Below are positions 9,014 to 17,286 of a stretch of 64,000 bases of DNA, piece after piece. The notes beneath the pieces were generated by a model. The model was not told the DNA's origin. It made no database searches and worked only from the letters and a program-made list of their open reading frames with translations. Every line of letters begins with the position of its first letter. Position 1 is the first letter of the stretch. Source of the stretch: Clostridia bacterium (GTDB lineage: Bacteria > Bacillota > Clostridia > Oscillospirales > CAG-272); the NCBI GenBank assembly GCA_017505745.1, contig JAFVOP010000031.1:50712-114711 (forward strand), read 5' to 3'. Position numbers and translations under genes: made by a program.

Positions 9014-9283
9014 ATGCGGATCAATCCCGATTTTACGATTCAAAAGGTAGGAGCCTCCTCCTACGTAGCCGTTCCGGTTGGAAAAACCAGCGAGACCTTT
9101 CACGCCATGGTACGCCTGAACGAAACGGGGGCCTTTTTGTGGAAGCGGATGACGGAAAAGGACTGCACTGAGGAGGATCTGGTTGCGGCATTGCTGGAGA
9201 CATATGAGATCGATGCCGAAACCGCCGCAAGGGACGTACATCGCATCGTAGAGATCCTGCGCGACAGTCGGGTGTTTGCATGA
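9014..9283 (+). CDS. PqqD-family peptide-binding (RRE-type) protein
   Basis: 89 aa with ...MVRLNETGAFLWKRMTEKDCTEEDLVAALLETYEIDAETAARDVHRIVEILRDSRV, the typical PqqD winged-helix signature. SD TAAGGAG. Confidence 0.8.
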   Translation: MRINPDFTIQKVGASSYVAVPVGKTSETFHAMVRLNETGAFLWKRMTEKDCTEEDLVAALLETYEIDAETAARDVHRIVEILRDSRVFA

Positions 9284-9717
9284 GCGAATCGATTGAAGAG
9301 GTATTGGCGCGGGACGGATATTATGTGCGCACCACCGTTGGGGTGAGCATGCGCCCCATGCTGCGCAACCGCCGCGACCGCGTGATCATTCGCCCCGTGG
9401 GCGAGGAACGCCTCAAGCGCTGGGATCTGCCGCTCTACCGCCGTCCCGACGGGAAATGCGTGCTGCATCGGATCATTGACGTAAAAGACGGCTATTACGT
9501 CATCCGAGGCGACAATACTTATGCCAAGGAACGCGTTCCCGACGAATGGGTGATCGGCGTGATGAGCGAATTTTATCGCGGCAAGCGCCACGTAACGGCT
9601 ACGCAGAAGAGCTACCGCTTTTACGCGGCGGCGTGGCAGACCCTCTATCCGCTCCGCTATCCGTTCCACCTGTGCCGTGTGCTGGCTGCAAAGGTCAAGC
9701 ACAAGCTTTTTGGATAA
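9280..9717 (+). CDS. S24/S26-family serine peptidase (LexA/signal-peptidase fold), apparently cytoplasmic
   Basis: GVSMRPML nucleophile motif and ...VLHRIIDVKDGYYVIRGDN. ATGA overlap with the PqqD stop indicates translational coupling. No N-terminal TM segment. Confidence 0.75.
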   Translation: MSESIEEVLARDGYYVRTTVGVSMRPMLRNRRDRVIIRPVGEERLKRWDLPLYRRPDGKCVLHRIIDVKDGYYVIRGDNTYAKERVPDEWVIGVMSEFYRGKRHVTATQKSYRFYAAAWQTLYPLRYPFHLCRVLAAKVKHKLFG

Positions 9718-9754
9718 AATATTTAAAAAGCGATTCCGATATTTGTGCATTTTT

Positions 9755-9800
9755 AACAACCCTTTTTCAAGGAAAATGAAAAAAGGGTTGTTATTTTTAT
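9755..9800 (+). terminator. Intrinsic terminator of the three-gene operon
   Basis: AACAACCCTTTT ... AAAAGGGTTGTT stem followed by ATTTTTAT. Confidence 0.75.
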
Positions 9801-9833
9801 AATTTTTATATTTTCTTTTTGAGAAAATGTATT

Positions 9834-9861
9834 TTCAAGACGTCTTGCGGTATGATATAAT
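9834..9861 (+). promoter_or_regulatory. Promoter of the MBL/GLUG gene (extended -10)
   Basis: TTCAAG, a 16-nt spacer, then TGaTATAAT. It leaves a leader of about 110 nt before ATG 9979. Confidence 0.45.
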
Positions 9862-9978
9862 AATCAAACAGGAACGTGTGAGACAGATGGTCGGGTCTGT
9901 CCCTCGAGCTTGTTCGCAGATGCGTTTTCCCCGAAAACAAGCATTTTAATCTGATTCATGGAAAGGAGAAAATGAAAC

Positions 9979-12861
9979 ATGAAAAAACTCGTAAGCCTAT
10001 TACTGGCATTCTGCAGCATCCTCACCCTGCTCGTATTCCCGGTTGGAGCCGAAACGGTGTCCACAACCGCCACGGGAATTATCGCGCCGCCGTCCAAAAC
10101 CGACCTGACGGCATACGTAACGGCCAACGGCACCAAAACCGTAACCGACGTGTACAACAACTGCCTTCTCCTTACGGTGGAAGGTACCACGGGAGGCGAG
10201 TGGAACACCTACCGCAACCTCCTGATCTCCAAGGGATATACCGAGATCGTAGGAAAATCCGAGGTTTCGGGATCCTCCAACAAGTGGGCCCTGTACGCTA
10301 CCGACAGCTACGTGGTCAACTGCTTTTACGATGCGGTCAGCAAGATCTCAAAGATCTCGATCGAGCCCCGCGACATGGATCTGGGCGTGTTTTCCAAGCC
10401 CTCTTCGGTCCAGCACGTTTGTGAGCCGATGCTGATCCAGATGGGTCTGGACGATAACACCTCCACCTCGCAACGGGATACCGAGCGCAGCGGCATGGGA
10501 TACATCCTGCGCCTGGCCGACGGTCGCTTCATTGTGTACGACGGCGGCTTTGAGGGGGTAACGCTCCAGAACGCCGACAAGATCTACAATATCATGAAAT
10601 CCTATGCGCCCACCTCGGGAGCTTATGCCAATCAGGTGGTTATCGCGGCTTGGGTGCTGACGCATCCGCACTCCGACCACATCGGCGCGTTTATGTATTT
10701 CACCAAATACTACATCGGATACACCGGCGCGCCCGCAACGCTTCAGAACGTGATCTGCAATCTGCCCAGCGCCGCGGAGAGCGCCTCGGATACCGATGCC
10801 GTGCTTGCATACGGCGCCGATGTGGACGCCGCTAAGGTGGACCGCTACAACAAAACGCTGCTGGCTCTGCAAGAGCTGGGGGTAAACGTTTACAAGGCGC
10901 ACGTGGGCCAGAAGTATTATTTCAACGAGGCCATGGTGGAGATCCTGTTCACGGCAGAAAACTTCCTGCCCGACCAGATCTCGGCGGCAAACTCGGATGT
11001 GCACGGCACCAACGCCACGTCGATCGTTTCGCGTGTGACCTGGGAGTGCTCCGCGTATACCTACTCCGCGCTCTTTACGGGAGACGCAAACTATTACACG
11101 GTCAAGGCGCTGAACAAGCTGTACGGCGCAAATCTCGCATCCTCCAATTTCGTGCAGCTTCCGCACCACGGATCGGTGAGTGAGTTCTCCGAGGGAGCGC
11201 CGCTCACAGCTCTGACCACCTTTTATAATTACGTAAATGCTTACCGCGCGCTCATGCCGGCGGGGGTTCGCTATGCCTACGTCAACCAGTGTAAGACCAC
11301 CACGGCGATCTACGAGGATGAAGCGCGCCTGATCGGCTATGCACAGAGATCCGGCAACCCAACCCCCAACCTGAGCCGTACGCTGATCGCAGGCTCCAGC
11401 GTAACCGCATGCACCCTTCAGTACAACACCAAAAAGGTGGTGGTGGAGACCTTTGCGGGCGCGGATTTCTATGCAACGGCTCCCACGCTGGCAAGCACAA
11501 CGGTTCCTTATAAGGACGGAAGCGTCTATCTGATCTACAACGAGGTGGGTCTGGCGGACCTGAAGGCCAGCCGCTCGTACCGCATGCTCAAGGATATGAC
11601 GGTAACTGTGATTCCCGGAGAGACCACGTATCCTCTGCTGCGCGACGATTTCTACGGCAACTTTGACGGCAACGGCTATGCGCTTGTGGTAAGAGCGCCG
11701 TCCACGGTCAGCCTGTCGTTTGCATCGGGTAAGACCAAGCGCGGATTGCTCTTCAATACGATCGGAGCCGTGACCACCGATGCAAACGGAGTCATGGCCG
11801 ACGATCAGGGCACGGTCAAGAATCTGGATATTTATGTTCCCTCGATTACGGTAAAGGGCTCGGTTGGCGGACAGTTCGGCGTGATCGCGGGAACCACGGC
11901 GGGATATTCGGTGATCAAAAACGTCAATCTGAACACCGGAAAGATCACAAAAAGCTCCACGGCAAACGCCAACGTGGGTTCGATGATCGGAAAGGTGCTT
12001 CACGGCACGCTGATTCAGAATTCCTCCTTTGTGGGGCGGATCGCCAACGGACTCACCGATACCACGGCTTACACGGCGGGCGGTCTGATCGGCTGTGTGG
12101 AAATGGTGGCGGACGATTCCTCCACCGCTAACGATAACGCGCTCCGGAGAACCGTGGGAATTCAGAATTGCTCGGTCAACGCGGGGTATTCCTCGGGCTA
12201 TATCAAGGCGTATAGCAATGCAGGAGGCCTGATCGGCCTGATCAACAAGAACCCCGTAACCGTTACGGTTTCGGGTACCACAAATACCAACGGACGTGTA
12301 ATCGCAACCACCAACGCGGGCGGCGCGATCGGAGCCATTACCTGCGCGGCCGATGTTTCGCTCAACGGCTTTACGAACAATGCGGCGGTTCCCGCATTCC
12401 ACGCGGGCGGTATTGTGGGGCAGAGCAGCTATGAGGGTGTGACTCTGGATGCTGTAAGCTGTACCAACACGGCAACCATCAAATCCACCGGTGGCGTGGC
12501 CTCCTCCAATACGGGCGGTACGGCGGGCGGCATCCTGGGATATGCAACGCTGGGAATGACGGTAACGGCAAGCAACTTTACCAACAGCGGAACCATTACG
12601 GTAGAGGTAGCGAATACGGCAAGGATCGGATCGCTCTTCGGCCGTCTCGGTACCACCGCAGGAAACGCTCCGGCGGTTACGGTCAACGGAGCCACCAACT
12701 CGGGCACCGTTTCCTCAAACGCGGTATACGAGGGCATTTGGGCAGGTCATATTTCGGGTGCCAGCAAAACGGCTACCTATTTCAACAACTGTGTGAATAC
12801 AAACACGGCCACCGCTGCCTTGAACCCGGTTGGCATCGGAAACGCCACGTCGATCTCCTGA
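9979..12861 (+). CDS. Exported MBL-fold metallo-hydrolase with C-terminal GLUG-like repeat region
   Basis: Signal peptide MKKLVSLLLAFCSILTLLVFPVGAE. MBL motif AAWVLTHPHSDHIGAF and later QLPHHGS. C-terminal half has about 8 repeats of the type AGGLIGCV / AGGLIGLI / AGGAIGAI / AGGIVGQS / AGGILGY. Confidence 0.7.
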   Translation: MKKLVSLLLAFCSILTLLVFPVGAETVSTTATGIIAPPSKTDLTAYVTANGTKTVTDVYNNCLLLTVEGTTGGEWNTYRNLLISKGYTEIVGKSEVSGSSNKWALYATDSYVVNCFYDAVSKISKISIEPRDMDLGVFSKPSSVQHVCEPMLIQMGLDDNTSTSQRDTERSGMGYILRLADGRFIVYDGGFEGVTLQNADKIYNIMKSYAPTSGAYANQVVIAAWVLTHPHSDHIGAFMYFTKYYIGYTGAPATLQNVICNLPSAAESASDTDAVLAYGADVDAAKVDRYNKTLLALQELGVNVYKAHVGQKYYFNEAMVEILFTAENFLPDQISAANSDVHGTNATSIVSRVTWECSAYTYSALFTGDANYYTVKALNKLYGANLASSNFVQLPHHGSVSEFSEGAPLTALTTFYNYVNAYRALMPAGVRYAYVNQCKTTTAIYEDEARLIGYAQRSGNPTPNLSRTLIAGSSVTACTLQYNTKKVVVETFAGADFYATAPTLASTTVPYKDGSVYLIYNEVGLADLKASRSYRMLKDMTVTVIPGETTYPLLRDDFYGNFDGNGYALVVRAPSTVSLSFASGKTKRGLLFNTIGAVTTDANGVMADDQGTVKNLDIYVPSITVKGSVGGQFGVIAGTTAGYSVIKNVNLNTGKITKSSTANANVGSMIGKVLHGTLIQNSSFVGRIANGLTDTTAYTAGGLIGCVEMVADDSSTANDNALRRTVGIQNCSVNAGYSSGYIKAYSNAGGLIGLINKNPVTVTVSGTTNTNGRVIATTNAGGAIGAITCAADVSLNGFTNNAAVPAFHAGGIVGQSSYEGVTLDAVSCTNTATIKSTGGVASSNTGGTAGGILGYATLGMTVTASNFTNSGTITVEVANTARIGSLFGRLGTTAGNAPAVTVNGATNSGTVSSNAVYEGIWAGHISGASKTATYFNNCVNTNTATAALNPVGIGNATSIS

Positions 12862-12883
12862 CGTGATCCGTCGCTTTCTCAAG

Positions 12884-12921
12884 AAAGCGGCCCAAGCGCC
12901 TTGGCGCTTGGGCCGCTTTTT
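12884..12921. terminator. Bidirectional terminator hairpin
   Basis: AAAGCGGCCCAAGCGCC / GGCGCTTGGGCCGCTTT (17-bp arms) followed by a T-run. Lies between convergent stops at 12861 and 12925. Confidence 0.8.
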
Positions 12922-12924
12922 GGA

Positions 12925-14208
12925 TCATTGGATCCTTCTGCATTCCAGATAGTAGCGTTTGTCGGGCGCGTGACCCATGGAAAAGGTCTTGCGGGGAAGC
13001 GCGCCGTCAAAGATCACGGTGCGGAAGAGCTCATCCTTGCGCATGCCTTCAAACAGAAAGCCCACGGCGTTCTCGCGTTCGACCAGTGTGCGGAGGGAGT
13101 CTTCTCCGTGGATGTAATCCACCGTCACCTCGGGGTGCTCGGCCACGTAGGCGTCGAGAAAGGCTTGGAGCGTGCCCACGGCCAGCTGCTGCACGGGGTG
13201 GGGAACGGAGAAGTCGGTTTCCCCGTCCGCGGTCACGCAACGGATCGATTGCGCGGCGGCAGAGCCGTTCAGAGCGGCAAGGGCTTGCCGCAGATCGCGG
13301 AGCAGAGCCTTCTGATCGGCACCGAATACCGCGCGATAGATCGGTTCAAATTGCAGGGCACCGTCGTGCAGGTTGACCAGCTCGACGAGTGCGTACCGTG
13401 CGGGATGATCCTTGGCCGCATCCACGCCAATCCTCGATTTGATCTCCTCATAGGCGGCTTTGGCGGCGGCCAGCGAATGGTTGCCGTCGCCCACGGCAAA
13501 GAGCAGAGGGGCGAGGGTGCGGTCTCCGTACTTCGCTTCGATCTCTTTGGGCTCGGTCAGGGCGGCCAAAGCGGCTTGCACGGCGGCCTGCTCGGCCTGC
13601 TCCAACCGATGCGCGCGCACGTGTCCGCCGCCAAGCATCAGGTCAAAGTCATAGAGCGGCTCACGGTCGGCACAGCTCCCGAGGATCGGCTCGATCACGG
13701 TGCGCTTGGGGTCGTCGATGAGAAGCATGACGTGCGGAAGCTCCACGGGGGCGTCGCGGCGGATCTCCACGCGCGGCGGGATGCGCTCCAAGACGGTCCC
13801 TTCGGTCGCGCGGATCAGAGCATCCGAGCCGCGCCGGAAGTCGTAGCATTCCAGATCAACAGTGCCCAGGATCCCGCGGCGGACGGTTCCGTCCGATTGG
13901 GTGCGCTCCAAGGCGATCATGGCGTTGGGATGCTCCTGCAGCACCGATGCCAGATAGGACTTCATCGCGGCGTTGATCGTTGGCACGCGCGCCTCTTTTT
14001 CGTCGAGGTAGACCTCGGGAAGGATCATACGAAGGGTGGACGGGGCATCTCCCACGGCCGCCTCCGCGCGCGCCCAGTATTCGGGCTCGCTGGTATACTG
14101 ATCGCAGGCGACCACCGCCCAACGTGTGCCGTCAACCTTGGAAAAGTCCGGCAACAGGATATCGGCCGCCGCAAAGCAAGCGGCGGAGCAGATTTCATTT
14201 GGATTCAT
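12925..14208 (-). CDS. DUF1015-like protein
   Basis: ATG 14208 with CGGAGG SD. Sequence ...IRATEGTVLERIPPRVEIRR...FAVGDGNHSLAAAKAAY...ALPRKTFSMGHAPDKRYYLE resembles the DUF1015 motif layout. Confidence 0.55.
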   Translation of the reverse strand: MNPNEICSAACFAAADILLPDFSKVDGTRWAVVACDQYTSEPEYWARAEAAVGDAPSTLRMILPEVYLDEKEARVPTINAAMKSYLASVLQEHPNAMIALERTQSDGTVRRGILGTVDLECYDFRRGSDALIRATEGTVLERIPPRVEIRRDAPVELPHVMLLIDDPKRTVIEPILGSCADREPLYDFDLMLGGGHVRAHRLEQAEQAAVQAALAALTEPKEIEAKYGDRTLAPLLFAVGDGNHSLAAAKAAYEEIKSRIGVDAAKDHPARYALVELVNLHDGALQFEPIYRAVFGADQKALLRDLRQALAALNGSAAAQSIRCVTADGETDFSVPHPVQQLAVGTLQAFLDAYVAEHPEVTVDYIHGEDSLRTLVERENAVGFLFEGMRKDELFRTVIFDGALPRKTFSMGHAPDKRYYLECRRIQ

Positions 14209-14375
14209 ACAGAGCCTCCGGGAAAAGAATTCTTTGCTAAAAAGTATAGCACACCGCGCGCCGTTTGTCAAGGCATGGACGGGTTGCGGAACGTTAAAAA
14301 AGAAAAGGAAAAGCTCTGATTGGCGAGATACTCCGATAAGAGTATCACACCAAGCGGAGCTCCTTTTTGAATGGC

Positions 14376-15689
14376 TTACGAAATCTCCGTGCCGCCCCAT
14401 TCCACCACGGTAAAGCCCTCGCGGGCGGGTGCGGACAGCTCCTGCTCGGGCAGGCTGACGTAGCTTTCGCTTGCCTGCCACGCCATAAACACGCGGATGA
14501 GCGTATCGGGGGCGGGATCTACGTCCAGCCTTGCCGACTCCGTGTAGGCATTCTCCTGGAAGGCGATGACGTTGTAGGGGTTGTTTTGCATCATCGGCAG
14601 CCAGAATACGATGAATTCATTCGCTTCCCGACGCGTCAGTCCCAACCGTTCCAGCGCGTATTCGAGAAATGCGGCGGTGTCCTCCCCCTTGACGCAAAAG
14701 CCCTTGGAGAAGTCATACTGCGCGTTGGTCGTGCCCTCCCAATACAGGTAGTTGTAGGTCTGTCCGTTGGCGTCGGTGAGGGTGCCGTCGGGATGCGCGG
14801 TCACCGTCCAGCCGTTTTGGTAGGATGGATAGGTGCAGGTCAGCTCCCCGTCCAGCGTGAGCCGGACCGAGACCTCGGTCTCGCGCTCGGGATAGAGGTA
14901 GATCACGGGCTTATAATACATGTCCGGATCGGGCTCCCAATCACTTGCCTCCACGGTGAGAAGATCGCACTCCACGCGGTTATTCTCCCCGTCGTAATAG
15001 GTGTTTTCGTAGGTGCAGAGCACCTGATCTCCCACACACCAATCCTCGGAGAGGGTGCCGTTGAGCTTGACCGTATACGGCATGGGGATCACGGGGGTGG
15101 CAAAGAAGCAGTTGGCGTAGATCGCGGTGATCCGGATGTGTGAAAAGATGTTGGGCTCACACACCTCTGCGGCGGTTTTATCCAGCCATTCCTCCGTGTA
15201 GTTGAGGTGGCGGAAGTTGTTGGAGATCCTCCAACCGATCGCACGGATCTGCGCGGGATAGGATTCCATCACGCCGCCCGTATAGATCACCTCCACCGGG
15301 CTTCCCACCTCGGCACCGATCTCGGCAAGGCCGCTCACGTCAATGCGGATGCGGTCGGCGCTTTGGCGCTCCCATTCGCTTTCCAGCGGCTCGATCAGAA
15401 CCGAGGAGCCGTTGATCTCGATCACCGTTGCGCTCACAACGTGCTCGAGCGATCCCTCCACTTGCGCAAACAGCTCGTTGAGCGATTTGTGGCGGTCTTT
15501 TCCGAAATAGATCTTCGTTTCCTCGTAAACGCCGTCGTCGTAAAGGTGTTTCCAATCCACGATCTTATACGTGAGGGCAGTGTAGGTGCGGGTCCCGCCG
15601 TCTCTGGCTTGCCCGGTGGGGATCGGCACAAACAGGATCAGTAACAAAACCGCGATGGCAACAAGTGGGATCCATAGCTTCTTTTTCAT
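14376..15689 (-). CDS. Hypothetical N-terminally anchored extracytoplasmic protein
   Basis: ATG 15689 with AAAGGAGGAA SD. MKKKLWIPLVAIAVLLLILFVPIP anchor. No recognised catalytic motif. C-terminal domain begins ...YYKPVIYLYPERETEV. Confidence 0.5.
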   Translation of the reverse strand: MKKKLWIPLVAIAVLLLILFVPIPTGQARDGGTRTYTALTYKIVDWKHLYDDGVYEETKIYFGKDRHKSLNELFAQVEGSLEHVVSATVIEINGSSVLIEPLESEWERQSADRIRIDVSGLAEIGAEVGSPVEVIYTGGVMESYPAQIRAIGWRISNNFRHLNYTEEWLDKTAAEVCEPNIFSHIRITAIYANCFFATPVIPMPYTVKLNGTLSEDWCVGDQVLCTYENTYYDGENNRVECDLLTVEASDWEPDPDMYYKPVIYLYPERETEVSVRLTLDGELTCTYPSYQNGWTVTAHPDGTLTDANGQTYNYLYWEGTTNAQYDFSKGFCVKGEDTAAFLEYALERLGLTRREANEFIVFWLPMMQNNPYNVIAFQENAYTESARLDVDPAPDTLIRVFMAWQASESYVSLPEQELSAPAREGFTVVEWGGTEIS

Positions 15690-15839
15690 GGAAGGTTCCT
15701 CCTTTGTATTCGGCGCCAACCGTTTGGCGCGCTCTATCCGTAACGTCGCTTTTTTTCTCTGTCGGTTACACCGCTCTGCTTAAAATATAACATGAATTAC
15801 GGAAAAATGCAAGAAAAGGGAAATGATTTTCCAAAAGAA

Positions 15840-15868
15840 TTGCATTTTATCGGCATTTGTGGTACAAT
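15840..15868 (+). promoter_or_regulatory. Sigma-A type promoter for tldD-pmbA
   Basis: TTGCAT, a 17-nt spacer, then TACAAT. Confidence 0.45.
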
Positions 15869-15905
15869 AAGGGGGATGAACTTACCAAACGAAGGGAGAC
15901 AACCT

Positions 15906-17285
15906 ATGATATCGAAAGCATTGGCGGAATCGGTGCTCGCGTGCGCAATGGCGGGCGGCGCCGATTTTGTGGAGCTCTACGGGGAGATCACCCGTAACAA
16001 CGCGGTCTCGATGGTAGACGGAAAGATCGACCGCGTGACCGATAATCTGATCTCGGGCGTGGGCATTCGCGCATTTTTGGGAACGCGGACAGTGTTTGCC
16101 TCCACCTCGGATACCTCGCGCGAGGGGTTGATGAAGTGCGCGCGGTCGGTGGCGGCCGCGATGGGCGAGCTTCGCGCGGTGGAGCGCGTGATCCTGAACG
16201 AGCGGATCTTTCCCAACATTCACCCCGTTCGCACCGTGCCCTCGGGCGTGGACGCCAAGGTGCGGGCAGACCTGCTCCGCGCGGGCTGCTTTGCCGCAAA
16301 GGACTACGATGCGTCGATCTCGCAGGTGTCGGGATCTCTGTCGGGCGTGGATCACACGATCTGGATCGCCAACACCGAGGGGCTTTACACCACCGACCGC
16401 CACGTGCGCACCCGCATCGCGGTATCTGCCGTAGCCAGCGCCGCGGGCGTGAACCAATCGGGCTCGGCCTCTCCGGGAGCCGGTATGGGGTTGGAATTTT
16501 TTGAAGCCGTGGATCCGCGTGACGTAGGCCGCGAGGCGGCCAGACAGGCAACCGTAAATCTGCGCGCCGACTACTGCCCGGCGGGAACCATGACGGTAGC
16601 CATTGAAAACGGCTTTGGCGGCGTGATCTTCCACGAGGCCTGCGGACATTCGCTCGAGGCCAGCTCGGTGGCCATCGGCGCTTCGCAAATGGCGGGCAAG
16701 CTCGGTCAGCAGATCGCAAACGCCAAGGTGACCGCCATTGATGACGGCACAATTCCGGGTGCGTGGGGCTCGGTGAATATTGACGACGAGGGAACGCCCA
16801 CGCAGCGCAACGTCCTGATCGAAAACGGCGTTCTCAAAAGCTATATGATCGACCGTCTCGGCTCGCGCCGCATGGGTCTCCCTATGACCGGAAGCGGCCG
16901 CAGACAAAGCTACACCTACGAACCCACCTCGCGCATGACCAATACCTTCCTTGCCAACGGCCCCGACAAAAACGAGGATATCATTGCCTCCATGGAATAC
17001 GGCCTTTACTGCCGCAAGATGGGTGGCGGCTCGGTCAATCCCCTCACGGGCGCATTCAATTTTGCCGTGACCGAGGGCTATCTTGTACGAAACGGTAAGA
17101 TCTGTGAGCCGGTACGCGGCGCGTCTCTGATCGGAACCGGCTCCGAGATCCTGCAAAACATCGACATGGTGGGGCAGAATTTGGAACGGGCCCAGGGCAT
17201 GTGCGGATCCTCCAGCGGAAGCATTCCCACCGACGTGGGACAGCCGCTCATCCGTGTTTCCACCATTACCGTAGGAGGTCGCTGA
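15906..17285 (+). CDS. tldD: TldD-family metalloprotease
   Basis: ATG 15906. Sequence ...GVGIRAF...HEACGHSLEA (HExxxH)...DDEGTPTQRNVLIENGVLKSYM. Confidence 0.9.
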   Translation: MISKALAESVLACAMAGGADFVELYGEITRNNAVSMVDGKIDRVTDNLISGVGIRAFLGTRTVFASTSDTSREGLMKCARSVAAAMGELRAVERVILNERIFPNIHPVRTVPSGVDAKVRADLLRAGCFAAKDYDASISQVSGSLSGVDHTIWIANTEGLYTTDRHVRTRIAVSAVASAAGVNQSGSASPGAGMGLEFFEAVDPRDVGREAARQATVNLRADYCPAGTMTVAIENGFGGVIFHEACGHSLEASSVAIGASQMAGKLGQQIANAKVTAIDDGTIPGAWGSVNIDDEGTPTQRNVLIENGVLKSYMIDRLGSRRMGLPMTGSGRRQSYTYEPTSRMTNTFLANGPDKNEDIIASMEYGLYCRKMGGGSVNPLTGAFNFAVTEGYLVRNGKICEPVRGASLIGTGSEILQNIDMVGQNLERAQGMCGSSSGSIPTDVGQPLIRVSTITVGGR

Positions 17286-17286
17286 A

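Noticed and set aside
9868-9978. The ~110-nt leader of the MBL/GLUG gene with two hairpins (GACAGA/TCTGTC; GCTTGTT/AACAAGC) as a possible riboswitch.
   Set aside because: No match to any riboswitch consensus I can recall, and no terminator or SD-sequestering alternative is evident. Kept only as an untranslated leader.
10348-12402. 684-aa ORF antisense to the MBL/GLUG gene. Similar long antisense ORFs occur at 292..1305, 1287..2528, 4187..5305, 12901..14319, 15882..17156, 24712..26466, 27239..29179 and 55096..56007.
   Set aside because: All lie opposite genes with clear family motifs. Their products are Arg/Gly/His/Val-rich low-complexity sequences typical of shadow frames in GC-rich DNA, and none has a credible SD.
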